Part shown: positions 1 through 10,530 of the stretch, one piece after another
Numbering within the stretch: the first letter of the stretch is position 1
Layout: the number at the start of each line of letters is the position of its first letter
Assembly: GCA_965205505.1 (NCBI GenBank)
Contig: CBDBHB010000008.1
Location: 768,001 to 832,000 of the forward strand
Source of the DNA: Acidobacteriota bacterium
Lineage (GTDB): Bacteria; Acidobacteriota; UBA890; WLXD01
Direction of reading: 5' to 3'
DNA length: 64,000 nucleotides
Made by a program: the position numbers and the translations under genes
The notes under the pieces: generated by a model
Seen by the model: only the letters and a program-made list of their open reading frames with translations
Told to the model about the DNA's origin: nothing
Databases searched by the model: none

Positions 1-17
1 TCGATGACCGCGGCAAC

Positions 18-1532
18 TTGAAACTGCTGCGCAACGGACGGACTCGAGTAGTGGCAACTGTCGACGCGGTCAGCACGACATTGCCAATCACGGTAGAGCC
101 CAACCCAGTCGCTTCCGTAACCCTCAACGCCGAGACGACCGGCGCGAGGACCGGCGACGTGATCCGATTCGAGGCCACCCCGCGGGACGCCAGCGGGAAC
201 CGGGTGCCCGAGGCACCGGTTCTCTATACGTTCCGCGCCGACACCGTAGAGCAAGACAAGGGCGAACCGCCGTCGGGAATGATCGCCCAAGACGGCCGCT
301 TCGTCGCAGATCTGCCTGGCGACTACACCGTCGTGGCCGTCTCCGCTGGGCACTCCGCCGTGCGCACCGTGCACATCGAGCCGCGCCGAGCCCGCCGGGA
401 TATCGAGCTCGTCGGACAGGGTCCAGTGCGTGACCGGTTCGGCTCCGACCTGTGGGTCTGGGAGGCAGCGGACGGCCGCGACTACGCGGTCACTGGGACC
501 TGGGGTGCCGAGGGTCACGCGTACTTCTGGGACGTCACCGACCCGGCGAACATGAAGATCGTCGACGTCGTCTTGGTCGACGCGCGCACCGTCAACGACG
601 TCAAGATCTCGGCGGACGGGCGCATCGGCGTGATCAGCCGCGAGGGGGCCTCGGACCGATGTAACGGGCTGGTGATCCTGGACGTTTCGAGCCCGGCGGA
701 AGGTGTGCGGGTGCTGTCCCGCTTCGACGACCAGCTCACCGGTGGTGTCCACAACGTGTTCATGTACGAAGACCACGTGTACGCGCTTTCGGGCGGCCAG
801 CGATACGACATCATCAACATCGAAGATCCTGCCAATCCGCATCGCGTCGGTAGGTTCGAGCTCGACACGCTGGGCCACGCCATCCACGACGTCTGGGTCG
901 AAGACGGCGTCGCGTACTCGTCCAACTGGGCCGACGGCATCGTCGCCGTCGATGTCGGTGGCGGCGGCGAGGGCGGCTCACCGCGCAACCCGGTGATGTT
1001 GGGGAGCTATACCTATCCGAGCGGCTGGAACCACGCCGCGGTCCCTTACCGCAGCAAATCGACCGGCAAACGGTACGTGTTTGCGGGCGACGAGGCAGCG
1101 CGAGGCCGTCCTGGACGTCCGGAGTTCAGTGAGGGGACGCCCGGCTACGACAACGAGCCCGAGCGCTTCAAGGGCTGGATCCACATCATCGAGTGGGACG
1201 ACTGGGACAACCCGAAGGAGGTAGCCCGCTACGAGGTGCCAGAAGCGGGGACCCACAACATCTGGGTCGAAGACGACATTCTCTATGTCGGCTACTATGC
1301 GGGCGGTCTGCGCGTCGTGGACGTTTCTGGCGAGCTCATGGGCGACCTGTACCGTCAGGGGCGCGAGATCGCCTACTTCAAGTCGCTCGACCCGGAGGGC
1401 TTCGTGCCAAACGCTCCGCTAGTGTGGGGCGCTCAGCCGTACAAGGGCAACATCTTTTTTGTCGACGGCCACTCTGGTCTCTGGGCCGTCCGACTTGTCG
1501 ACTCCGAGGCCGGAACAGCATCCGACGAATAG
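18..1532 (+). CDS. LVIVD-repeat beta-propeller protein with N-terminal Ig-like domains (probably 5'-truncated by the window edge)
   Basis: Repeated xxDV(T/S)xP / GLRVVDVS motifs and HNVF/HDVW/HNIW His motifs typical of LVIVD proteins. The N-terminus (TLPITVEPNPVASVTL) is Ig-like. No signal peptide is visible, so the start probably lies upstream. Confidence 0.75.
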   Translation: MKLLRNGRTRVVATVDAVSTTLPITVEPNPVASVTLNAETTGARTGDVIRFEATPRDASGNRVPEAPVLYTFRADTVEQDKGEPPSGMIAQDGRFVADLPGDYTVVAVSAGHSAVRTVHIEPRRARRDIELVGQGPVRDRFGSDLWVWEAADGRDYAVTGTWGAEGHAYFWDVTDPANMKIVDVVLVDARTVNDVKISADGRIGVISREGASDRCNGLVILDVSSPAEGVRVLSRFDDQLTGGVHNVFMYEDHVYALSGGQRYDIINIEDPANPHRVGRFELDTLGHAIHDVWVEDGVAYSSNWADGIVAVDVGGGGEGGSPRNPVMLGSYTYPSGWNHAAVPYRSKSTGKRYVFAGDEAARGRPGRPEFSEGTPGYDNEPERFKGWIHIIEWDDWDNPKEVARYEVPEAGTHNIWVEDDILYVGYYAGGLRVVDVSGELMGDLYRQGREIAYFKSLDPEGFVPNAPLVWGAQPYKGNIFFVDGHSGLWAVRLVDSEAGTASDE

Positions 1533-1588
1533 CCTCACACTGATCTCATCTGCCTCCGGAACGCTCCCCAGTGCGGAACACCTGTGGG

Positions 1589-4270
1589 TCAGTGAGCCGG
1601 GCCGAAGAACACGGCGTTCAGGAACAACAGGTTCAGTCCATCGGTGTAGGCGCGGAAGTTAGGCTCTTCCGCGAATGCGACCACGTGGCCGCTGCCATGG
1701 GGCTGGTGCATCAGATAGGCGGTGTCGGCAAATGTGGCGGCGGAATCAGGCCAAACGAAACCGCTCAACACGAGATCATCATCGCCAGAGTAGAGCGCGA
1801 CGTTGGTGCCGTCGGTGATCTCGAGCGGGCGGAACACGTTACCGGTGTCGACCATGACGTTGGCGGCGCCGTCATAGCCTGCCGACAGCCAATGGTCGGG
1901 ATCGAGCTGCACGCGGAAGATCGCCCCCGGCACGCGGTACGGCAGTCGCGTCTCCTGCCCCTCGGTGCCTTCCGGCCGGCCGTCGCGTAGCTGGCGAGCT
2001 GTAGACAGCAGCCCGACGCCCTCGGTAGTGAGCCATGACGTGGCGTCGCGGAAGGTGATCAGGGTGCCGCCGGCACGCACCCAACGGCGGATGCGCTCGG
2101 CTCCCGATCGCCCTAGCGCCTCGTCGTAGCCACCGCGCCGCGGATGGGGCAGCACCAACACGTTGAAGTCATCGAGCCCGTCAGCTCCCAGTCGTCGCGT
2201 CGGGATGACCGTCACCGGATAGTCGTAGGATTGCTCGAGCAAATAGCGCGTCCACCCGGCTGACGAGGGATCGGTGGGTATGTCGTAGGCGATCGCCACC
2301 TTGATCGGCGGAATGAACCGCACGTCCGGGCTGCCAAAGTTGACGCCCTCTTCGACCCACGATGAATCGACGGCGTAGATCTGAGCACCGGTATCAGCCG
2401 CAACGCGCTCGAGCGTCGCGTGCAGAGTCTCGGGATTCTCCCTCACGTCGACGATCAGTGAGCCACGCGGAAAACGTACGCCGTCCGCCTGCATCGTCGC
2501 ATTGGCTGTCCGCACCCGTAGTCCCTCGCGCAACATGCGCGCCAACGCCCGAGCGGTGTCGTTGTGCCCCCACGGCAGCAGGTAGGCAAGCTGCGCGACG
2601 CCACCGTGCACGCGGCCCATCGGAGCGGGAGGCTCGCTGAGGAGGAGAAACTCGCCTGTCGACGGCGTCTCCGCCTGATAGGCGTCGAGATCGTGGACCA
2701 GGGGGAGCGACCAGGCGCTGATGTCGTAGATCTGATGGTCGAGTCCGGCAGCGTATCGACGCAGTTGCTCGTCGACGAACGGCTGGTCCATCGGCAGATC
2801 CTCGACCATCAACATCTTTATGAGGTGCTTTGTCGGTTGCGCCAGCGAGACTACGTACGTTCCGGTCTCGAACTGCCGTGGGCCGACGGGCCCTCCGTAG
2901 TAGTCGCGCACCTGTGGGTTGGTGAACGGTGCTGTCGCCAGCCTCACCTCGATGCCCTGCGCCATGAGCAACGCCGCCGTACGACGGGTGCGGCCGGGGT
3001 CACGACCCGGAGGCAGGATGTACTCCTTGACGGTCTCCGCGGCCCCCTCGGCGATGGCGTCGCGACGGAAGTTGTAGAAGCCTCGCAGCACCGCCTCACG
3101 ATTCGTCGCCGTCGTCTCCGCCGTTGCCAGGGAGGCGGTGAAGTGGCGCTGCACGCTGTCACGGTAACGCCACACACTGTCGTCGTTCCGCTGCACGACC
3201 AAGCCCCCGACCCCGGCGACCTCGTAGGTCATGCCTATGGAGCCCTGTGCCAGCGGCCAGCCATCCCCATAGCCTGGATAGAACGAGTCGAATACCTGCC
3301 GCGAGTAATAGGCGAATCCCATGCGATCGAACCAGCGGGCATTGTTCTCACCGTACAGAGCGAGTCCATCGAGTTGTGCCGGTGTCCACTCCGGGTTGAT
3401 GGGCGGCGCCGGCGGCGCGAAGTAGTACGACCCGTTCGTTCCCATCTCGTGCAGGTCCGGATGCACCTGCGGGAACCAATCGAGGAACGCCTTCGTGCGG
3501 CCGCGCGACTCGATCTGCGTCTGCGCGAACCAGTCGCGATTGATGTCGAACAGGTAGTGGCTGTACCGACCGCCCGGCCACGCCTGAACGCGCTCGTTGG
3601 CCAACGGGTGCGCATCAGGCGTTCGGCCGCGAGTCTGCCGATAGTGCTGAACCACGCGGGCGCGGCCGTCGGGGTTCTGCATCGCATCGATAATCACGAT
3701 GCTGTTGTCGAGCACCGTTCGCGCCACCGGGTCATCGACCACTGCCACCAGGTGGTAAGCAGTGAGCATCGCGGCGACGCTGCTCGAAATCTCGTCGCCA
3801 TGCACGCCGTAAGCGAGCCAGGTGATCGAGGGCAGCGATGCAATCAGCTCCTCGGCAGCCGCATCACCGAGCGACCGCGGATCAGCCAGCTGCTGCATGC
3901 CGGCCTGAACCTCATCCAGGCGAGCCATGTTCGCCTCGGAGGCCACGACCATATAGTGCAAAGGGCGGCCCTCCCAACTGCTTCCGTACTGGACGAGCTT
4001 GGTGCGTGGTGAGGCCGTGTCGAGGGCGCGGAGATACTGGGTGACTTCCTCGGGCGAGGTAATGCGCTCGGCCCAGGCATGTCCGACGATCTCCTCGAGT
4101 GTCGGCACCGAAGGCTCATACTCGGCGCCCGGATAGAGCGGCAACGAAACGGCAGAGTCTCCGCTATCGGTGATCGGCGCGAGTTGCTGCCCGGTGGGCG
4201 ACGCCAGCGCGCTTGCATGCAGCGCTGCGACCAGGAAGACCAACCCATATCTGTTTGCTGCACGGTGCAT
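1589..4270 (-). CDS. Secreted M14 zinc carboxypeptidase with C-terminal glutamine-amidotransferase-like domain
   Basis: Signal peptide; GVHGDE (HxxE), NPDGR, DINRD and DLHEMG motifs of M14 peptidases; C-terminal WVRAGGTLI segment. Confidence 0.85.
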   Translation of the reverse strand: MHRAANRYGLVFLVAALHASALASPTGQQLAPITDSGDSAVSLPLYPGAEYEPSVPTLEEIVGHAWAERITSPEEVTQYLRALDTASPRTKLVQYGSSWEGRPLHYMVVASEANMARLDEVQAGMQQLADPRSLGDAAAEELIASLPSITWLAYGVHGDEISSSVAAMLTAYHLVAVVDDPVARTVLDNSIVIIDAMQNPDGRARVVQHYRQTRGRTPDAHPLANERVQAWPGGRYSHYLFDINRDWFAQTQIESRGRTKAFLDWFPQVHPDLHEMGTNGSYYFAPPAPPINPEWTPAQLDGLALYGENNARWFDRMGFAYYSRQVFDSFYPGYGDGWPLAQGSIGMTYEVAGVGGLVVQRNDDSVWRYRDSVQRHFTASLATAETTATNREAVLRGFYNFRRDAIAEGAAETVKEYILPPGRDPGRTRRTAALLMAQGIEVRLATAPFTNPQVRDYYGGPVGPRQFETGTYVVSLAQPTKHLIKMLMVEDLPMDQPFVDEQLRRYAAGLDHQIYDISAWSLPLVHDLDAYQAETPSTGEFLLLSEPPAPMGRVHGGVAQLAYLLPWGHNDTARALARMLREGLRVRTANATMQADGVRFPRGSLIVDVRENPETLHATLERVAADTGAQIYAVDSSWVEEGVNFGSPDVRFIPPIKVAIAYDIPTDPSSAGWTRYLLEQSYDYPVTVIPTRRLGADGLDDFNVLVLPHPRRGGYDEALGRSGAERIRRWVRAGGTLITFRDATSWLTTEGVGLLSTARQLRDGRPEGTEGQETRLPYRVPGAIFRVQLDPDHWLSAGYDGAANVMVDTGNVFRPLEITDGTNVALYSGDDDLVLSGFVWPDSAATFADTAYLMHQPHGSGHVVAFAEEPNFRAYTDGLNLLFLNAVFFGPAH

Positions 4271-4499
4271 GATGCCTCCGGAGTCGTCTCTCATGTTCGG
4301 GCTAGTGCTACGCCCCAGAAATAGTGGTACGCCTGTAGCGAGCGCCGTGCCGCCGCTACCCTACGGGCAGAGGGTATTGCGGGCGTACCACTATTTCTGG
4401 GGCGCAGCACTAGTATCTCGTTGCCCGGCGCCGCTTCTCAAGCAAGCGCGTGGTAACAGTGGGCGCAGCTGGCTACCTGCATTCCTCCTGGAGGTATCG

Positions 4500-6776
4500 A
4501 TGCGACTCGGTCGTGTTCTCGTATTCGCAGGATTGAGTGTCGCCATATTGGCTTTGACGGCGGCAGCCCAGGATCGAAATCCACACGGAATGCCCATTGT
4601 CGGCTACGCCGATCGAATGACCGTGCAGCCGGGCGAGACCATCCGGTTCATGGTGAGCAGCCTCGCGTCACAGTATCGCGCCGAAATCGTGCGGCTGATC
4701 CACAGCGACCCTAATCCCAACGGCCCGGGGATCAAGGAGGAGCCCGTCGAATCCACCGTCAGCGGGCCATACCCGGGACAGTTTCAGCCGCTCCCGAACG
4801 GCTCCTACGTCACAGTGCCCGACGATCCGAGGCTGCGACCGAGCGCCAGCTTCACCATCCAGGCATGGATCTACGCCACCACACCGGACAAAGGACAGCA
4901 GGGGATCGTCACCAAATGGTCGGCGGCGGACGGCGCCGGCTACGGTCTCGGGCTCGACGATTCCGGGCAACTGGCGCTTTGGATGAGCGACGGAGCCGGT
5001 CGGCTGGCCGCAGTGAACAGCGGAGCGCCGCTGGCACAGTCGTATCCGCGCTCCGATCCCCCCGGCTACAACCTCACCACGCTGCCGCCGCGCGCCACCA
5101 CCTGGTACTTCGTCGCCGCCTCGTTCGACGCTGATGCCGGCAAGATCACGCTCTACCAAGAGCCGGCCAGCAGGTGGCCTGGCGACGCCTCGCGGAAAGT
5201 CGTGGAGCACGACACGGACGTTCGATCCGTTCATCACACGGAGGCTCCCCTGCTCATCGCCGCGGGGTGGAATCGCTGGACCGCGGAGGACCCCACACCA
5301 GGCGGGTTCTTCAACGGCAAGATCGACAGCCCACGTCTGTTCGACCGCGCCTTGAGCGCTGATGAGATTGCGGCGCTCAGGCAGGGATCGGCTCCCGTAC
5401 GGCCGACTGCCGCGTGGAATTTCGCCGCCGACATGTCGTCACGCCGGATTGCCGACGGCTCGTCCAACGGCGTCCATGGCACGACCGTGAACATGCCCAC
5501 ACGAGCTGTTACCGGCCACAACTGGAGCGGCGACGAGGTCGACTTCAAGCGTGCTCCCGAGCAATACGCCGCCATCCACTTCCATGATGACGACATGGAC
5601 GACGCCAAGTGGGACGTCGCCTTCGAATACACCGTGCCCGAGGGACTACGCAGCGGCGTCTATGCGGCCCGGCTACGCGCCGGCGACGCCGAGGACTCGG
5701 TGCCGTTCTTCGTGCGACCCAAGAAGGGTACCCACAACGCCGCGATCGCGCTGCTGATTCCGACCTTCAGCTACCTGGCGTATGCGAACAGCTTTGACCG
5801 CACAACGCCGGAGCTACGCGGCCAATACGACCACCACTCCGACGGCAGCGGCGTGGCCTACTCCTCGGTGCTTCGACCGAAGCTCGACATTCGCCCGAAC
5901 GTCCCTTCGAACAACCCGTGGGAGTTCATCGCCGACATGCATCTGGTTGACTGGCTCGAGGCGAAGGAATTCGCATACGACGTCATTACCGACCATGCGC
6001 TGCACGCCGAAGGTCGCGAGCTGTTAGACCCGTATCGGGTGGTGGTCACCGGAACGCACCCGGAGTACTACTCGCTGCAGATGCTCGACGCCGTGGACGA
6101 GTATCTGCAGGCCGGCGGACGCGTCATGTACATGGGCGGCAACGGCTTCTACTGGATCACCAGCCTGGACCCTGGATATCCGCATACCACAGAGCTGCGC
6201 CGCTCGGGCGGAACGCAGTATTGGGAGGCGCAGCCGGGCGAGTATTACCACAGCACCACCGGCGAGATGGGTGGCCTCTGGCGCAACCGTGGGCGCGCCC
6301 CACAACGGCTCGTTGGGGTCGGCTTCACCGCTCAGGGCTTCGACGTCAACTCGCCCTATCGACGGCTGCCGGACAGCTTCGACCCGCGGGCCGCATTCAT
6401 CTTCGAGGGCATCGGCCCCGAGGAGATGATCGGCAACTTCCCTTCCCTGGTGCTCAGCTTCGGCGCCGCCGGCTCGGAGCTCGATCGCGCCGACCATTTC
6501 CTCGGCACGCCGTCGCACGCGCTGCTGCTGGCGACCTCAGCGGGCAGGCACTCCGATGAGTACCAACACGTCGTGGAGGAGGTGCAAACGTCGAACCAGG
6601 GTCCATGGGACGAGATGGTGCGTGCCGACATGGTCTATTTCGAGTATCCGAACAACGGCGCGGTGTGGACTTCGGCTTCGATCGCCTGGTCCGGCAGCCT
6701 CTCCTATGACAACTACGACAACAACGTCTCGCGCATCACCGAGAACGTGTTGCGGAGGTTCGCCTCGGAGTGGTAG
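4500..6776 (+). CDS. dmfA2: N,N-dimethylformamidase large (beta) subunit family protein with LamG-like domain and signal peptide
   Basis: GGAGG RBS before ATG 4500. Motifs GYADRMTVQPGETIRFMVS, FNGKIDSP, YAAIHFHDDD, PTFSYLAYAN, YDHHSDGSG, TGTHPEY, YMGGNGFYW and GSELDR are characteristic of the DMFase beta subunit. Confidence 0.8.
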   Translation: MRLGRVLVFAGLSVAILALTAAAQDRNPHGMPIVGYADRMTVQPGETIRFMVSSLASQYRAEIVRLIHSDPNPNGPGIKEEPVESTVSGPYPGQFQPLPNGSYVTVPDDPRLRPSASFTIQAWIYATTPDKGQQGIVTKWSAADGAGYGLGLDDSGQLALWMSDGAGRLAAVNSGAPLAQSYPRSDPPGYNLTTLPPRATTWYFVAASFDADAGKITLYQEPASRWPGDASRKVVEHDTDVRSVHHTEAPLLIAAGWNRWTAEDPTPGGFFNGKIDSPRLFDRALSADEIAALRQGSAPVRPTAAWNFAADMSSRRIADGSSNGVHGTTVNMPTRAVTGHNWSGDEVDFKRAPEQYAAIHFHDDDMDDAKWDVAFEYTVPEGLRSGVYAARLRAGDAEDSVPFFVRPKKGTHNAAIALLIPTFSYLAYANSFDRTTPELRGQYDHHSDGSGVAYSSVLRPKLDIRPNVPSNNPWEFIADMHLVDWLEAKEFAYDVITDHALHAEGRELLDPYRVVVTGTHPEYYSLQMLDAVDEYLQAGGRVMYMGGNGFYWITSLDPGYPHTTELRRSGGTQYWEAQPGEYYHSTTGEMGGLWRNRGRAPQRLVGVGFTAQGFDVNSPYRRLPDSFDPRAAFIFEGIGPEEMIGNFPSLVLSFGAAGSELDRADHFLGTPSHALLLATSAGRHSDEYQHVVEEVQTSNQGPWDEMVRADMVYFEYPNNGAVWTSASIAWSGSLSYDNYDNNVSRITENVLRRFASEW

Positions 6777-7632
6777 CCGGCTGATTCGCATCGGCTCGGG
6801 ACGGCAGCTCGCGGACCCAGATGTTGCGGAAGCTCACCGGATTACGGTGATCCTGGAGCTGTATCGGTTCCCGCGCCGAATGCGGCTCGTAGGCCGGCTC
6901 GCCGACGAACACGCTCGATCCCCGCAAGGTGACGTGATGTTGCACCAGCACACCGTTGTGCAGAACGGTCATGGTGGCGGGGCTCTCTACCTCTCCTGCG
7001 GCGCCAAACCGCGGCGCCTCGAAGAGGATGTCATACGTCTGCCACTGTCCCGGAGCACGCGAGGCGTTCACCTGCGGGATGTGCTGCTTGTAGATGCTCG
7101 CGGCTTGGCCGTTCGAGTAGGTGCGGTTGTTGAATGAGTCGAGCACCTGCACTTCGTAGCGATTCATCAGAAACACGCCGCTGTTGCCGCGACCCTGGCC
7201 CTCGCCCTCGATGACGTCCGGCGTGCGCCATTCGACATGTAGCTGAACGTCGCCGAAGCCCTGCCGTGTGTACAGGTTCCCGGCGCCGGGAGCCACGGTC
7301 ATCACCCCGTCGTGAACCTCCCAAGCCGCGTCGCCGTCGGCATGGCGCCAAGCATCCAGGCCGGTCCCGTCGAACAGCACTATGGCGTCGGCGGGCGGCG
7401 CGCCCGCCCCGCCCGGATCGACCATTCGCGGCTCCGGGTCCCACACCTCGGTAAGTGTCGGATCGCCCTCTTGTTGCGCTGCCGACGACGCCATGATCCC
7501 GGTGCCGATGGCGAACGTCAAAACGATCGCCGCCCGCAAACCAACCTTCCCGGCGACTGCCCAGCCGCTACTCGGCTCGCGCTCGTACCTCATCCAGCTC
7601 CCTCCTTCCGCTCCGACCTTCCGGGCCTCCAT
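6736..7632 (-). CDS. DUF1080 (3-keto-disaccharide hydrolase family) secreted protein
   Basis: [39 protein letters not shown], [14 protein letters not shown] motifs. True start is uncertain. Confidence 0.85.
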   Translation of the reverse strand: MEARKVGAEGGSWMRYEREPSSGWAVAGKVGLRAAIVLTFAIGTGIMASSAAQQEGDPTLTEVWDPEPRMVDPGGAGAPPADAIVLFDGTGLDAWRHADGDAAWEVHDGVMTVAPGAGNLYTRQGFGDVQLHVEWRTPDVIEGEGQGRGNSGVFLMNRYEVQVLDSFNNRTYSNGQAASIYKQHIPQVNASRAPGQWQTYDILFEAPRFGAAGEVESPATMTVLHNGVLVQHHVTLRGSSVFVGEPAYEPHSAREPIQLQDHRNPVSFRNIWVRELPSRADANQPATTPRRTSATRSR

Positions 7633-7897
7633 GGTACGCGGAAGTCAGGCACTCGCGGTAACCGGGCAGTTGACTGTTGGCCAGATCTTCTCGAAGCGCG
7701 GCGTATTGTGGTTCCTGGTCGAGCAGCGTTTTCGTGACGGCGCCGATCGCACGACCCTGGCGCTCAACGGAGTATTCTGACCTCGCTGGTCTTTGTGTCG
7801 CAGGCGGCGTCGCTCAGCGCATGCGCGGCTACTGCCCACCGCTCACTGCTGCGATAGGCTCCGATTAGTCGCCGGCGTCGTGAACCGGGTCCGCGGC

Positions 7898-9586
7898 TCA
7901 CTCCCGCGGCAGGCGTATCTCGGCTACCATCTCCTGCACCCGAGCCGAGGGCGGCGGGGTCAGCTGGCTGACCACCAGCGTGACGATGAAGTTGATCATC
8001 ATGCCGACCGCGCCGATCCCTTCGGGACTGATTCCGAGCCACCACTCATCGGCCCCGGCGCCCGGATTGATGGAGCGGAAGTAGATGATGTAGCTAGCGG
8101 TGAACAACACGCCGCTGAGCATGCCGGCGATCGCGCCCTGCTTGTTGACCCGTTTATTGAAGATCCCCAGAACGAGAATAGGGAAAAAGCTGGCGGCCGC
8201 GAGCCCGAAGGCGAACGCCACTACCTGAGCCACGAAACCGAGCGGATAGATCCCGAAGAAACCGGCGACCACAACAGCAGCGCCGGCAGCCACACGCGCC
8301 AACCGGAGCTCATCGCGCTCGCTGAGATCGGGCTTGAAGATCGATTTGACCAGGTCGTGGGAAAGCGACGAGGAGATCACCAGCAGCAAGCCGGCGGCGG
8401 TAGAAAGGGCAGCTGCCAGGGCGCCGGCCACCACGAACGCCACGACCCAGTTAGGCAACCGCGCGATCTCCGGATTGGCGAGTACTATGATGTCGCGATC
8501 TACCGTCAGCTCGTTAGCCGCCGGGTCACCCGAATAGAGAATCCGGCCGTCGCCGTTCTTGTCGTCGAACTCGAGCAGCCCAGTAGCCTCCCAGTTGGTG
8601 AACCACACGGGCGCCTCGGCGTATCGGGTGCCGTTGAGCGTGTCGATCATGTTGAAGCGCGCGAACGCGGCGACTGCCGGGGCGGTCGTATACAGGACCG
8701 CGATGAAGACGAGGGCCCACATCGCGCTCCAGCGCGCCGCACGGGCGCTTCGCACCGTATAGAACCGAATCAGCACATGCGGCAGCCCCGCCGTGCCGAC
8801 CATCAACGCAAGCGTGATCGCGGTGACGTCGATCATCGTCTTCTTACCGCCGACCCAGGCCGCGGTGTACTCGGGCAAGCCAAGGTCGCGGTGGATCGCG
8901 TCGAGCGCCTCGAGCAGATAGCGGCCGGCATTGTTGCCCTCGACCAGAACGCCGCCCAACCCCAGCTGTGGAATCGGGTTGCCGGTCATCTTCCACGAGA
9001 TCGCGATCGCCGGGATCAGGTAGGCAACGATCAGCACGACGTACTGCGCCACCTGGGTGTAGGTGATGCCGCGCATACCGCCCAGGGTGGCGTAGATGAA
9101 GACCAGCGCCATACCCATCACCACGCCTTGCTCGATCGGCACTTCGAGAAAGCGTGAGAAGACGATCCCCACGCCGCGCATCTGCCCAGCCACGTATGTG
9201 AACGAGATGAAGACGGCGCAGAACACCGCGATCACTCGTGCCACCTGTGAGTCGTATCGCTCGCCGACGAACTCCGGCACAGTGAACTTGCCGAACTTGC
9301 GTAGGTAGGGCGCCAGCAACAACGCCAGCAGCACGTAGCCGCCGGTCCATCCCATCAGGTACACAGCGCCGGTGTAGCCCATGAACGAGATCAGCCCCGC
9401 CATCGAGATGAACGACGCGGCGCTCATCCAGTCGGCGCCGGTAGCCATGCCGTTGGCGAGCGCCGGCACACCCTGGCCGGCGATGTAGAAGCCCTTGGTG
9501 GTTTGCGCGCGGCTCCAGATCGCGATGCCGATGTAGAGCGTGAACGTCAGCCCGACGATGATGTAGGTCCAGGCGAGCACGCTCAT
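7898..9586 (-). CDS. Sodium:solute symporter, ActP/VC_2705-like
   Basis: NGMATGADWMSAASFIS and GTAGLPHVLIRFYTV motifs; about 13 TM segments; preceded by a DUF4212 gene. Confidence 0.9.
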   Translation of the reverse strand: MSVLAWTYIIVGLTFTLYIGIAIWSRAQTTKGFYIAGQGVPALANGMATGADWMSAASFISMAGLISFMGYTGAVYLMGWTGGYVLLALLLAPYLRKFGKFTVPEFVGERYDSQVARVIAVFCAVFISFTYVAGQMRGVGIVFSRFLEVPIEQGVVMGMALVFIYATLGGMRGITYTQVAQYVVLIVAYLIPAIAISWKMTGNPIPQLGLGGVLVEGNNAGRYLLEALDAIHRDLGLPEYTAAWVGGKKTMIDVTAITLALMVGTAGLPHVLIRFYTVRSARAARWSAMWALVFIAVLYTTAPAVAAFARFNMIDTLNGTRYAEAPVWFTNWEATGLLEFDDKNGDGRILYSGDPAANELTVDRDIIVLANPEIARLPNWVVAFVVAGALAAALSTAAGLLLVISSSLSHDLVKSIFKPDLSERDELRLARVAAGAAVVVAGFFGIYPLGFVAQVVAFAFGLAAASFFPILVLGIFNKRVNKQGAIAGMLSGVLFTASYIIYFRSINPGAGADEWWLGISPEGIGAVGMMINFIVTLVVSQLTPPPSARVQEMVAEIRLPRE

Positions 9587-9593
9587 GGGCAGT

Positions 9594-9851
9594 TCAATCG
9601 ACGCCGTAGCGCTCTGCCAAGCGATCCGCGAGGCGAGCGTACGTCCAGATCAGGATGATGAAGACGTATATGGAGCCCTGATGGGCAAACCAGAAGCCGA
9701 GCGGGAATCCCCCGAGCTGGAACGCGTTCAACGGCTCGACAAAGAAGATACCCAGCCCGTAGGAGACCAGCGCCCACACACACAACAGGCGGGCTACGAG
9801 CCGCAGATTCGCCCGCCAGTAACCCTCAGGATCCGCCTTGGAGGAAGACAT
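9594..9851 (-). CDS. DUF4212 small subunit of SSS transporter
   Basis: YWRANLRL...GGFPLGFWFAHQGSIYVF; 2 TM; directly upstream of the symporter. Confidence 0.9.
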   Translation of the reverse strand: MSSSKADPEGYWRANLRLVARLLCVWALVSYGLGIFFVEPLNAFQLGGFPLGFWFAHQGSIYVFIILIWTYARLADRLAERYGVD

Positions 9852-9888
9852 GCCGACGCATGGGACAACACTTCCCGCGGCGAGTCAA

Positions 9889-10348
9889 TCAGCGCTCCGG
9901 CAGAAACGTGCCGTTGCTCAGCGACCAGACATAGGCGGCCAGGGCATCGTAGTCCTCCCACTCCGGGTCCATTCCGCCACCGGGGTTCATCTGGAACCTA
10001 CGACTCGGGTCGGCAAAATCACGCCGCCGCACGCCCCAGAAGATCGTGTCTCGAATGCCCTCCAGATCGCCCTCCGATTGTAGCCAAGCTTGGTCGGCGA
10101 GATCCGGTGCCCAGCGGCCGCCACTGCCACCATCACCGTGGCAACGAGCGCAGGACCCTTCGCTGAACAGCTTCTCGCCGCTCTCGAGCAGTGCGGCCCA
10201 GCGGCGCACCTGATCGCGCTCCATCCATGCCCGCACAGTGTCCGGCAGCTCCGCCTGTTCCTGCGCATCAACCACACGGCCGGGGGTATGGCGACCCGAG
10301 CACCAGCGTCACTAGCAAGACCACCCGGAAACTACACGCCACTCTCAT
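9889..10348 (-). CDS. Monoheme c-type cytochrome (signal peptide separated by an apparent frameshift near 10290)
   Basis: CARCH heme motif, APDL motif and distal Met (FQMNP). A hydrophobic leader MRVACSFRVVLLVTLVLG begins at ATG 10348 in another frame. Confidence 0.7.
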
Positions 10349-10452
10349 GGCACCCCCTCTGAGTCCGTTTGTCGAAAACCTGACGGTACCGGCTTCGGGC
10401 GCTCCAAGGGTGGCGCTCGAGCAAGACATCTGTGCGCTTGCGGTGAGGCAAC

Positions 10453-10469
10453 TGTCAGGAAGATGTCAG
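10453..10469. promoter_or_regulatory. Putative OmpR/PhoB-type operator (TGTCAG direct repeat, 11-bp period)
   Basis: TGTCAG at 10453 and 10464, between the divergent cytochrome c and kinase genes, next to an OmpR-family regulator. Confidence 0.4.
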
Positions 10470-10530
10470 AACGCGGCGAGCGTCCTCGCCGGTCGTTGTC
10501 GCGTTGCGCAAGTACGCATACCGTGGATGG

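Noticed and set aside
6736-6776. 41-bp convergent overlap of dmfA2 and DUF1080 as a functional antisense feature
   Set aside because: The DUF1080 tail beyond WVRELP looks non-conserved; probably stop-codon drift or a sequence error.
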